Shown: positions 9,656 through 18,704 of the stretch, one piece after another
Layout of the letters: the number at the start of each line of letters is the position of its first letter
How positions within the stretch are numbered: position 1 is the stretch's first letter
Assembly (NCBI GenBank): GCA_051251855.1
Contig: JBPOGI010000006.1
Span: 290,902 to 354,901 of the forward strand
Direction of reading: 5' to 3'
Length of the DNA: 64,000 nucleotides
Source of the DNA: Roseibacillus sp.
GTDB lineage: Bacteria > Verrucomicrobiota > Verrucomicrobiia > Verrucomicrobiales > Akkermansiaceae
Made by a program: the position numbers and the translations under genes
The notes under the pieces: model-generated
The model's database searches: none
Told to the model about the DNA's origin: nothing
What the model saw: only the letters and a program-made list of their open reading frames with translations

Positions 9656-10414
9656 CTACTTGATTTCTAGTAGTTCGACGTCGAAGACGAGGGTGCCGCC
9701 GGGGGCGCCGTTGCCTGGGTTTTCGCCGTATGCGAGGTCGGCGGGGATCCAAAAGCGACGCTTTTCACCTTCGACCATGAGCTGGACACCTTCAGTCCAG
9801 CCTTTGATGACGCCGTTGAGAGGGAAGGCGATGGATTCGCCGCGGGCGACGGAGCTGTCGAAAAGTTCACCTTTGGTGGTCCAGCCAGAGTAGTGGACTT
9901 CGACCATGGAAGTTGCGGAAGGGTTCTTGCTGCCGGTGCCTTTGGCGAGAACTTTGGACTGGAGGCCTGATGCGGTGGTTTCGGCGTCGGTAGGTGCGGC
10001 GGCGACGTCTTCAGGTGTTTTGGGTGGTTCGGGTGCTTTCTGGAATTCGAAGAGTTCGACGTCAAAGACGAGCATACCACCAGGGCGTCCGCCACCGGGG
10101 TTTTCGCCGTAGGCAAGGTCGGCGGGGATCCAGAAGCGGCGTTTTTCGCCGGCGACCATGAGCTGAAGGCCTTCGGTCCAGCCTTTGATGACGCCGTTGA
10201 GAGGGAAGCTGATGGTTTCGCCGCGCGCGACGGAGCTGTCGAAGAGTTTGCCGTCGGTGGTCCAGCCGGAGTAGTGGACGGTGACTTTGTCGGCGCCACC
10301 AGGCTTATCGGAACCGGTTCCGGCGGTGAGGACTTTGGAGGCGAGACCGGAGGAGGTTTTTTCGGCATCGGCGGGTATGGCGGCTACGTCAGAGGGAACT
10401 TCAGGTGTGTTCAT
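9656..10414 (-). CDS. FKBP-type peptidyl-prolyl isomerase with two tandem FKBP domains
   Basis: [22 protein letters not shown] and WIPADLAYG each present twice; ATG start at 10414. Confidence 0.95.
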   Translation of the reverse strand: MNTPEVPSDVAAIPADAEKTSSGLASKVLTAGTGSDKPGGADKVTVHYSGWTTDGKLFDSSVARGETISFPLNGVIKGWTEGLQLMVAGEKRRFWIPADLAYGENPGGGRPGGMLVFDVELFEFQKAPEPPKTPEDVAAAPTDAETTASGLQSKVLAKGTGSKNPSATSMVEVHYSGWTTKGELFDSSVARGESIAFPLNGVIKGWTEGVQLMVEGEKRRFWIPADLAYGENPGNGAPGGTLVFDVELLEIK

Positions 10415-10603
10415 GTGGCGGGGAACTTTGGGGAAGATGGGAGGGATGGCAACTCGAAAGGGGAGGGGCTTTCGATGAGGGGTGGGTCTGAGAGGCCTTG
10501 AAAAACCGAATGTCCAAAAACTCAAAAACCAAAATGGGCTGTTTGAGAGTTGAGAGGGTGGCTGGGGTTTTGAGCGGGAGGGAGAGCTGTTTTGACGAAT
10601 TCT

Positions 10604-11404
10604 CTATTGAGAGATGGGGAGGGGGAGGTTGTCGCGTTGGATTTGGGAGACGATTTCGGCGATGGAGGGGCCGAGGTTGTCGGGGCTGGCTCCGCGATGG
10701 GTGTCGACGGTGCCGGTGGGGTCGATGCGATTGGTGCGGTAGTTGACGTAACCTTGGCCGAGGTTGGAGCCGGCGGCTTCGTGCATTTCGAAGTGGAGAT
10801 GGGCGAGGTATTTGCCATCGGCATTGCCGACGTGGCCGATGTGTTGGCCACGCACGACGGGTTCGTCGAGGGGAACGGCGATGGATTGGAGGTGGGCATA
10901 CATCGATTGCACGATGCGGCCGTCGGGGAGGCGGTGGGCCACGAGGAGGACTTTCCCCCAAGTGGGATCAGGTTCGCCAGAATAGATGACGAGGCCGTTG
11001 CCGATGGCGTAGACGGGGTCACCGAGGTCGGAGTTCATCCCGCCGATGCCATTGAGGTCGTCGCCGGTGTGGCGAGCACCGCGCTTGTTGTTCATTTCCC
11101 AAAAGGATTGCGCGTTGTAGGAGAATGCGCCGTGGGCGGTTCCGATGGGATAGTCGAGGCGACTGGCGAGAGGGACGCGGAAGCGGTCGATACCGGAGAG
11201 CATTTCGAGGCGATGGTCGAAGGGCGGGACGAACCAGCCGTTTTCGAATTCGCGGGGCTCGCCGTCGGGAGCATCGGCTTCTTGGGCGGTGCGGAGACTA
11301 CGGACGCCACTGCGTTCGGGTTCCTTTTGCCCCCAGATGGCGTAGGCGAGAAAGGTGACCGCGAGGACTATGACTGCGACGGTGACGCCGTGCTTGAGCT
11401 TCAT
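10604..11404 (-). CDS. M23 family metallopeptidase, membrane-anchored
   Basis: HTGDD (HxxxD), YAHL and HLHFE motifs; N-terminal TM; start overlaps the stop of the OmpA gene (ATGA). Confidence 0.9.
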   Translation of the reverse strand: MKLKHGVTVAVIVLAVTFLAYAIWGQKEPERSGVRSLRTAQEADAPDGEPREFENGWFVPPFDHRLEMLSGIDRFRVPLASRLDYPIGTAHGAFSYNAQSFWEMNNKRGARHTGDDLNGIGGMNSDLGDPVYAIGNGLVIYSGEPDPTWGKVLLVAHRLPDGRIVQSMYAHLQSIAVPLDEPVVRGQHIGHVGNADGKYLAHLHFEMHEAAGSNLGQGYVNYRTNRIDPTGTVDTHRGASPDNLGPSIAEIVSQIQRDNLPLPISQ

Positions 11405-12795
11405 CGATTGCCAAAGTCGAGGTAGATTTCGGTGCGGCGGTTCGCGCGGCGGCCATCGGGGTTGTCGTCGCCGGATTCTGTTTCGTTGGGGCGTCGAGGT
11501 GCGCTTTCGCCTTCGGCAACGAGGACGATTTGGGCGGCGTTGACTCCGGATTCGACGAGGAAACTTTTGACGCTGGCAGCGCGCTTTTGGGAAAGGGCTT
11601 TGTTGTATTCGTCGCTACCAAGGGCATCGGCGTGGCCACTGAGGGTGAGCTTGCGATTGGGGTCCGTTTTGAGGACGTCGGCGACGATGGCGAGTTGGCG
11701 TTGAGTGCGGGGGGCGAGAGTTTCTTCGTCGAATCCAAAGAAGATAACGAGAGTCTCGCCTCCTTGGGGGTTGGGGACGAGGGGGGTGTAGTAGACGTCG
11801 CCACCTGCGACGCGGGTGGCGTAGTCGGCGAGGAGAGAGTCGAGGTTGATCTCGGAGACTTTCCAATCGTCTTCGGCCGAGCCGCGCATGAGGTTGACGC
11901 CGAATTGGGCGGGTTTATCGACTTCGCTGGTCAGGACGTTGGCCAAGAATCCGGCGGTGGTTTCGCGAGTGAACATGGCTCGAAGGGGTTTGGCGGGGTT
12001 GAGTTTGTATTTCCCTTCTTCAAAAAGAATGCACATGGCTGCAATTTTGGCGTCGGAGACGGTCTTGGTGTTGGCAAAGGATTTTGCCTTGGAAAAATCC
12101 TGTGAAAGGGCCGCTTGCAGGAAGTTGTCGCTAATGGTGAGGGAGTCGCTTTCGTTGGCACGCGGAGTTGTTGTGCCTGAGACTGGTGAATCGCCAGCAG
12201 CGGGAACGGCGCCAGGGGTGGCGGGTAGGCTGGCGATGGCGCTTTCGGGAAGGCGCACTTTTTCGACAGCCCACTGTCCGTTAGCGCCTCGAGTGAGGTC
12301 GAGGAAGAGGGGTTCGTCGCTGTCTTCCCACTCGAGGGCGAAGCGTTTGCGGCGGTTGATTTCAAGTTCGCCAACTTCGCGCACTTGCTTAAGCTTAAAC
12401 CCGTTCGCTCCTGCGATGGATTGCAGATGCTGGAGGGCTGCAGTGGAAATGCCGGATTCTTCGCCTCCAAGGGCTCGGTTGGCCCGCTCGAGGTCACCTG
12501 ATTCGAGGATTTTGGCGATTTGGGAAGCAACGTCTTCGGGGCGTGAGGCTTCTATCTTGACGCCAAGAGTCTCCAGAATCTCGGCCGAGGATTCTTCTAC
12601 TCCCTCCTCAGGAATCACGGCTGTGGAGTCGGGATTGTTGTTAGTTTGGGAGACAGCTGGTGGGGTGACGATGGGAGAGGGTGCGTCTTTGGCCCCGTAT
12701 AGAATGTAATAGATACCACCGCCCGCGATTCCGAGCACGAGTAAGATCACCCCGACAAGGGGGACCCAATTTTTCTCTTCTTCCTCGTAGTCCAT
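11401..12795 (-). CDS. OmpA-family peptidoglycan-binding protein with N-terminal TM anchor
   Basis: C-terminal GHADALGSDEYNKALSQKRA...NRRTEI OmpA_C motif; single N-terminal TM. Confidence 0.9.
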   Translation of the reverse strand: MDYEEEEKNWVPLVGVILLVLGIAGGGIYYILYGAKDAPSPIVTPPAVSQTNNNPDSTAVIPEEGVEESSAEILETLGVKIEASRPEDVASQIAKILESGDLERANRALGGEESGISTAALQHLQSIAGANGFKLKQVREVGELEINRRKRFALEWEDSDEPLFLDLTRGANGQWAVEKVRLPESAIASLPATPGAVPAAGDSPVSGTTTPRANESDSLTISDNFLQAALSQDFSKAKSFANTKTVSDAKIAAMCILFEEGKYKLNPAKPLRAMFTRETTAGFLANVLTSEVDKPAQFGVNLMRGSAEDDWKVSEINLDSLLADYATRVAGGDVYYTPLVPNPQGGETLVIFFGFDEETLAPRTQRQLAIVADVLKTDPNRKLTLSGHADALGSDEYNKALSQKRAASVKSFLVESGVNAAQIVLVAEGESAPRRPNETESGDDNPDGRRANRRTEIYLDFGNR

Positions 12796-12843
12796 GTGTT
12801 CCCTTTACTCCTGTTTAGTGATTCTCGCAATCCTTGATCCGAG

Positions 12844-13428
12844 GTGGGTGATTCCAATTCTGACGCACTCTTACAATCGACCAAAGGGCTTAGAGGGGCT
12901 ATTGATAGCGCTGTGGAAACAAACGAAGAAGATATCATTTGGTCGGGGCATCCCTCTCAGCTTCTCAACTTCTGGACTCATTTCGTCTCAGCCTTGGTGG
13001 TGATTGGGATAGTGGTCGCGGCTATTTTGACGGGGATTTGGCTTTTGGCTGTGCTCGTGATTTTGCCAATTGGTTGGTCGGTTTGGAAGTATCTCACCAT
13101 TCGGTGCCGTGTTTATCAACTGACGAGCGAGCGCTTGAGGCTCTTTGAAGGAGTTTTGAACCAAGAGATTGGAGAGGTCGAACTCTATCGCGTGAAGGAT
13201 ACCAACATATTGAGGCCCTTTTGGTTACGTGTATTCGGTCTTTCGACGATTAAGGCTGACACTTCGGATCGGACGCATCCGGTGGTGACTTTGGAGGCGA
13301 TTCGAGATGGGGTGAGGGTGCGTGAGCTTTTTCGGAAGCAAGTTGAAATTCTGCGGGATAAAAAGCGAGTCCGTGAGGTGGACTTTGATGGTGCGGGCGA
13401 CGGCGATGAGTTGGAGTTTGAGAGCTAG
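12844..13428 (+). CDS. Bacterial PH domain (bPH_2/YdbS-like) membrane protein
   Basis: Two TMs then YQLTSERL...EGVL...EVELYRVKD...FGLSTI. Confidence 0.8.
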   Translation: MGDSNSDALLQSTKGLRGAIDSAVETNEEDIIWSGHPSQLLNFWTHFVSALVVIGIVVAAILTGIWLLAVLVILPIGWSVWKYLTIRCRVYQLTSERLRLFEGVLNQEIGEVELYRVKDTNILRPFWLRVFGLSTIKADTSDRTHPVVTLEAIRDGVRVRELFRKQVEILRDKKRVREVDFDGAGDGDELEFES

Positions 13429-13524
13429 GGTTTCGGGAGAAGAGTTTTCTGAATTTCAGGGCGCAAAGCGAGTTAGCAGTATTTAGTTAAACAAACTTGA
13501 ATTTTAATTAAATTAAGGAGACTC

Positions 13525-16068
13525 TTGAGCCTCCCTATGGCCCGCCCCAAAAATAAATCGAAACGCAAAGCCCCCGTTGATGATCGTGTTGCTCGCAATG
13601 CGTGGGGATTTGGGCTGATTGCACTTGGTGTTCTGCTACTGCTTTCACTGGTTTCTTATAGTCATACTGACCTCGAGGGGTTGTGGATTTTTGATAAATG
13701 GTCGGTAGAGACCGTGGAGCCTTCACCAGGGACACAGAACCTAGTGGGGCCAATTGGGGCGATTTTGGGCTGTCTGCAGCTACAGTTTTTTGGGGCGGCG
13801 GCTTGGTTTATTCCTTTGGGGGTGGCTTGGCTGGGGGTGAGGCGGTTGACTTTGGAGGGGCAGTTTGGATGGAAGACTTGGACTGGTTTTGGGGTCTTTA
13901 TGGTAAGTGCGGCTTGTTTGGCGGGAGTGCTGGGCTGGTGGGACAATTGGGCGGCGCGCAATGTCATTCCTGGAAAAGCGGGGGGCATTATTGGTTATTA
14001 TCTGGGGCGTGGGGTCTTTTTTAAGCTTCTCAATTATGGGTCGGTCATCGTGTTGGGGTTTGTTTATTTGACGAGTCTTGTTCTTTTCTTGGGGCTCCAT
14101 CCCGTTTCCTTCTTTAAGGAGACTTACGCGCAAGGGATGGCTCTTTGGGAGGCGAAGCGAGGAGGAACAACTCGCAGTCGCGCGAAGGCGCCGGCTAGGA
14201 AAGCTCCTGCTAAGAAGAAGTCGAAGCCGAAACCCGAGCCTGTCGAGGAAGAGGAAGAGTGGGAAGAGGAAGAAGGCTACGAGTATGAATATGAGTATGA
14301 GGACGAGGAGGGTGAAGAGGAAGTGGAGGTCGAAGAAGATGGCCAGGTAGCCTTGCCGCTTCGCCAAGTGCCCGAGCCCAAGATTGTCGATGGTGCGCAA
14401 CGGATGGGACCAAGTGCCGATTTGGCTCGTCCATTCGAAAGGAAGAAAAAGGAGCATGCTTCGCTAACGACAGATGGTTTCGATGACTATGAGTTACCTG
14501 GATTCGACCTTCTGGACTACGACGCAGATGCGGCGGAGCCGGTGGAGAGTAATCACGATGAACTCTATGCCACCCAGCAGACGATTGTTGAGACTCTGAA
14601 GGCCTTTGGGGTCGAAGTGACGGCAGGGGATATTACGCGTGGTCCTACCATTACGCGCTACGAGATCTATCCTTCCCTTGGTCTGCGTGTTTCCAAGATT
14701 GTTGCTTTGGAGTCTGACCTTGCTCGCGCCACTTGTGCAGAGCGGATTAATATTTTGGCTCCAGTGCCAGGTAAGGATACAGTTGGTATTGAGATTGCCA
14801 ATGATGATCGAGTGCCGGTGGCGTTGCGCGAGCTTCTGCAGGATCCCGAGTTCCGTTCTTCCAAGAAGAAGATTCCGCTCGCTTTGGGTAAGGACGTCTA
14901 CGGCAATGCGGTGATTGGAGACTTGGCGGCAATGCCTCACCTTCTTGTGGCAGGTGCGACAGGATCCGGTAAGTCGGTTTGTATTAACTCCATCATTGCG
15001 TCCATTCTCTACAAGTTCGGGCCCGATGAATTGCGCTTCATTATGGTCGACCCCAAGGTGGTGGAGATGCAGATGTATAACGATCTACCGCATCTCGTGG
15101 TTCCGGTGGTGACAGACCCAAGGAAGGTGATTGGCGCTTTGAAATGGACCGTCAATGAGATGGAGCGCCGCTATAAGATTTTTGCCAAGCTTGGAGTCAG
15201 AAACTTTGACTCTTTCAATAGTCGTCCTCGCCCCGAGGTGGAGGAAGCGACCGAGGAGTTGGAACTCGCGCAAGATATTCAAGTGGAAGAAGACTTGGTC
15301 GATCCCGAGCACATGGAGTCAATTGCGCGTGCGCTGGAGGATGGGGATCTCGGACCTATGGACATGGATGGCGAGAGCGATGAGGAGCGAGTTGATGAAG
15401 ACGAGATCCCGGACCGCTTCCCATATATCGTGGTGATTGTGGATGAGCTTGCGGACTTGATGCAGACTGCTCCGGCCGATGTTGAGTCAGCGATTGCGCG
15501 GATTGCTCAGAAGGCAAGGGCTGCAGGTATTCATCTCATCATCGCTACCCAGACGCCACGTGCAGATGTCGTTACGGGTATCATTAAGGCCAATATTCCG
15601 TCACGGATTGCTTTCCAGGTTTCTTCGGCCCTCGACTCGCGAGTGATTTTGGATTCCAAGGGTGCCGAGAAATTGGTGGGTAAGGGAGACATGCTCTTCT
15701 TGCCACCGGGTTCCGCTAAGCTGGAGCGTTCGCAGGGGGCCTTTGTTTCCGACGAAGAAGTGGAAGATATTGTGAAGTTCTGCTCGAACCAAATCGACCA
15801 GAAATTCGAGCAGAGTATTCAAGCGACGATTGATGCAGGAGGCAGTGATCCAAGCGGAGACGATGATGTTTCTGACGAGGATGAAGAAGTCATCCTCAAG
15901 TGCATCGATGTCATCATGACCGAGAACAAGGCGAGCACCTCACTGCTACAGCGTCGCTTACGACTGGGCTATACTAAAGCGGCTCGCATGATGGATATCA
16001 TGGAGGGGCGTGGGATTATCGGGCCTGCCGATGGCGCGAAGCCCCGAGATATCTTAATGAGGCAATGA
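13525..16068 (+). CDS. ftsK: DNA translocase FtsK/SpoIIIE
   Basis: N-terminal TM domain, MPHLLVAGATGSGKS Walker A, IVDELADLM, ATQTP, C-terminal gamma domain STSLLQRRLRLGY. Alternative ATG at 13537. Confidence 0.97.
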   Translation: MSLPMARPKNKSKRKAPVDDRVARNAWGFGLIALGVLLLLSLVSYSHTDLEGLWIFDKWSVETVEPSPGTQNLVGPIGAILGCLQLQFFGAAAWFIPLGVAWLGVRRLTLEGQFGWKTWTGFGVFMVSAACLAGVLGWWDNWAARNVIPGKAGGIIGYYLGRGVFFKLLNYGSVIVLGFVYLTSLVLFLGLHPVSFFKETYAQGMALWEAKRGGTTRSRAKAPARKAPAKKKSKPKPEPVEEEEEWEEEEGYEYEYEYEDEEGEEEVEVEEDGQVALPLRQVPEPKIVDGAQRMGPSADLARPFERKKKEHASLTTDGFDDYELPGFDLLDYDADAAEPVESNHDELYATQQTIVETLKAFGVEVTAGDITRGPTITRYEIYPSLGLRVSKIVALESDLARATCAERINILAPVPGKDTVGIEIANDDRVPVALRELLQDPEFRSSKKKIPLALGKDVYGNAVIGDLAAMPHLLVAGATGSGKSVCINSIIASILYKFGPDELRFIMVDPKVVEMQMYNDLPHLVVPVVTDPRKVIGALKWTVNEMERRYKIFAKLGVRNFDSFNSRPRPEVEEATEELELAQDIQVEEDLVDPEHMESIARALEDGDLGPMDMDGESDEERVDEDEIPDRFPYIVVIVDELADLMQTAPADVESAIARIAQKARAAGIHLIIATQTPRADVVTGIIKANIPSRIAFQVSSALDSRVILDSKGAEKLVGKGDMLFLPPGSAKLERSQGAFVSDEEVEDIVKFCSNQIDQKFEQSIQATIDAGGSDPSGDDDVSDEDEEVILKCIDVIMTENKASTSLLQRRLRLGYTKAARMMDIMEGRGIIGPADGAKPRDILMRQ

Positions 16069-16179
16069 TCGGTTGCTTAGCGGACCACGAAGTAGATCCC
16101 CCTAATATTTTCAGTTTGCAGGCTTGCTACAAGGTCCTGCCCACACCAATTTTGACCTAAACCTTGCCCTACCCCCACG

Positions 16180-17244
16180 ATGCAAAACGAATCTAAAATT
16201 CAAAATGGGGAGGAGACTTCCCCTGATCTCTCCTCGCCGTTGTCCGCCGAAGAGCCGTCTTCTCCGAATTCTTCTGAATCTCCCGAGCTCAGCTCGGTCG
16301 AAGTGTTGAGGATGGATGAAGAGAGGATGGGTGAGATCACCCAGACGCCGCCGAATAGTAAGAATTCTTGGTTGCCTTGGAAGAGACCCAATCGACGGGA
16401 TCAGCAGTTACGACATTTACGCGAAGGTTACATTGAGCTTCTCGGATTGGTCCGGTCAATTAGTGGTCATTTAGACCGACAAAAGGATGAGAAATCCCAA
16501 GTGACCGACTTGGCGGAATCTTTGCCTCCAGCACTGAGGAGCTTCGAAACGCTTGCGGATTCGCAGAAGGAGGTGACCTCCATCTTGGGTAGCTTGAATT
16601 CTCACATGGAGAAGACAGGTGCCAAGGATGAGCAGCTGTTAGAGAATTTGGAAGGCTTCAACTCTGCCTTGAAGGAGGTGAGTTCTAGTAATGAGAAATC
16701 CCTTGGAACCCTTCATCAGGTCTCAGAGAGGATTGAGCATTCGGATGAGCAAATGAAAATGCTGTTCGAGCACGCGAATCAAAGCAGCCAGGCTGCGGGC
16801 GCGCTGATGGTGAGGCTTGAAAAGAGGGTCTTTCTTTCCAACCTCGCTCTCGTGGTACTCTTGTGTTTGCTTCTGCTATTGGGGATGTTCTGGGTGACGA
16901 AAAAGCAGCCTCCCGCCGCTCCAATCGTGGTGAACCTGCCAGCGACAGCGACGCAGGTGACTCCAAACCCTTTGCTCACTGAGGAATCGGCTGTCGAGGT
17001 GACGACGACCGAAATTGAGGAAGAGCCAGGATTGGTGGAGCCGCCGATCGAGGGGGTTGGGATTTTGGGGGAGGACGTGGCTCCTTCCTTTCCAACCGAA
17101 TCAGAGGATGAAACTCCCGAGTTTAAGGTGCCAGCAATTTTGAGTCCTGAGTTGTTGGCTCCCATAATTGAAGAAGAGGAGGCGGGAGCGGAAGCAACGG
17201 CGAAGGAAGAGGAGATTGAGGACCTCGACCTCTTCGAGTATTAG
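16180..17244 (+). CDS. Hypothetical coiled-coil, single-TM protein with acidic C-terminal tail
   Basis: 354-aa ORF; heptad-like region, one hydrophobic stretch, Glu/Pro-rich tail. Confidence 0.7.
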   Translation: MQNESKIQNGEETSPDLSSPLSAEEPSSPNSSESPELSSVEVLRMDEERMGEITQTPPNSKNSWLPWKRPNRRDQQLRHLREGYIELLGLVRSISGHLDRQKDEKSQVTDLAESLPPALRSFETLADSQKEVTSILGSLNSHMEKTGAKDEQLLENLEGFNSALKEVSSSNEKSLGTLHQVSERIEHSDEQMKMLFEHANQSSQAAGALMVRLEKRVFLSNLALVVLLCLLLLLGMFWVTKKQPPAAPIVVNLPATATQVTPNPLLTEESAVEVTTTEIEEEPGLVEPPIEGVGILGEDVAPSFPTESEDETPEFKVPAILSPELLAPIIEEEEAGAEATAKEEEIEDLDLFEY

Positions 17245-17283
17245 CCTTGGATTTCAATTCTCAACGACATTACTTCCTCTATC

Positions 17284-17622
17284 ATGACCTGCCCGCTTTG
17301 CACTCTCGACGATCTTTTGGAGCATCCAGATTCCTTTGAATGTCTCACTTGCGGACATGACTGGAAGAAGGAGGCCATCGAAGAGGAAGAGTCAGGGCCC
17401 GTGGAGCGAGTGGTCAAAGACGCTCACGGCAATGTGCTCGAAAACGGAGACATTGTGGCGATGGTCAAAGACCTAAAGCTGAAAGGAACTTCAAAGGTGC
17501 TCAAAAGCGGTATGAAATCAAAGGGCATCCGTCTGGTGGACGGAGACCATGAAATTGACTGCAAGATGGACGGACTGTCCATTGCCTTGAAGGCTCAGTT
17601 TGTAAAAAAGGTGCCGCAGTAG
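17284..17622 (+). CDS. phnA: PhnA/YjdM zinc-ribbon protein
   Basis: CPLC...CLTCGHDW, VKDAHGNVLENGD, KDLKLKG, IRLVDGDHEIDCK, LKAQFVKK. Confidence 0.9.
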   Translation: MTCPLCTLDDLLEHPDSFECLTCGHDWKKEAIEEEESGPVERVVKDAHGNVLENGDIVAMVKDLKLKGTSKVLKSGMKSKGIRLVDGDHEIDCKMDGLSIALKAQFVKKVPQ

Positions 17623-17633
17623 CCACCTCAGTT

Positions 17634-18569
17634 CTACCAGCAGCTCATCTCGCGGAAGAGATTGAGGCGGGCATTGAGTTCACCTTCGTCGAGTTTCTCA
17701 AGGCGGCGAGTGGAGAAATCTTCGCAGGTGTAGCTGGCAAGGACTGTCCCGCGCACAACGCCATCTCGAAGTTCGGAGAAAGTGAAGTCGGTCTTGCCGA
17801 GAGAGGCGAGATAACCTGCTAAGCCACCTAAGAAAGTGTCACCCGCCCCAGTAGGGTCGGCTACTTCTTCGAGAGGAAAGGCGTTGCAGCGGAAGAGTCC
17901 ATGATTTTCCTCGGGAGGCCCGAAAAGAACGGCTCCGAATTCACCGAGCTTGATGATTACGTACTTGGGGCCTTTGTCGCGGAGAATTTTACCTGCCTTG
18001 ATGATGTTGCTGGTTCCAGCGAATTCGCGGGCCTCGCTCTCGTTGATAACGAGAAGGTCGACTTTCTTTAAGACCGCGTGGAGAGCTTCGTTGGCAATCT
18101 CAATCCAGAGGTCCATAGTGTCGATAAGGACGAACTTGTTGTCAGCCGTGCAGGCGTCAATCATCTGCATCTGATTGTCGGGTGACATATTGGCAGCGAC
18201 AACAATGGGACTCTCGGCAGCAACGCCGGGAACTTTAACGGTCCAGCTTTCGAGCACGTTGAGCGCGACGGTGTGGGTCTTGCGGTCGTTCATGCTGTTG
18301 AAATACTCGCCGGTCCACGTAAAGGAGTCTCCATCAGAGTGCTCGAGAGATTCTTGCTGGACACCGTTTTTGGCCAACATGGCCAAGTGTTCCTCGGGGA
18401 AGTCTTTGCCAATAATTCCTACAAGGTGGACGGGATCGGCGAAGAAAGAGGCCGCTAATGAAGCATAGGAAGCAGAGCCACCGAGAAGGTTATTGTGCTC
18501 TGCGTCAGGGGTTTTGACGTTGTCGATGGCCACGGTGCCGCCAATAACAACGGGTAAAGTTTCGCTCAT
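17634..18569 (-). CDS. PfkB family carbohydrate/nucleoside kinase
   Basis: GGSASY, INESEA, DPTGAGDTF motifs. Confidence 0.92.
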   Translation of the reverse strand: MSETLPVVIGGTVAIDNVKTPDAEHNNLLGGSASYASLAASFFADPVHLVGIIGKDFPEEHLAMLAKNGVQQESLEHSDGDSFTWTGEYFNSMNDRKTHTVALNVLESWTVKVPGVAAESPIVVAANMSPDNQMQMIDACTADNKFVLIDTMDLWIEIANEALHAVLKKVDLLVINESEAREFAGTSNIIKAGKILRDKGPKYVIIKLGEFGAVLFGPPEENHGLFRCNAFPLEEVADPTGAGDTFLGGLAGYLASLGKTDFTFSELRDGVVRGTVLASYTCEDFSTRRLEKLDEGELNARLNLFREMSCW

Positions 18570-18704
18570 GGTCGGAAGGCATTAACTGTTTGGTCAGGAA
18601 ACAAAATCAAAAAAACGAGAAAATCACGGATTTAACTAATTTTCCTCAATGGTCATTGAGGGTTGGCTTCTGAGTCTACTTTGCTAAAATGCTCAGCCAG
18701 AACT

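Noticed and set aside
9656..10414. Near-identical DNA repeats inside the FKBP gene
   Set aside because: Explained by the tandem FKBP domain duplication; not a mobile or regulatory repeat.
2396..12709. Long antisense/alternative-frame ORFs (2396-3130, 10592-11425, 11846-12709 and similar)
   Set aside because: They overlap well-supported genes on the opposite strand and have no recognisable motifs; they are shadow ORFs caused by codon bias.
18570..18704. Possible glmS ribozyme upstream of glmS
   Set aside because: The gap is only about 135 nt, is shared with a divergent promoter, and shows no recognisable ribozyme core.
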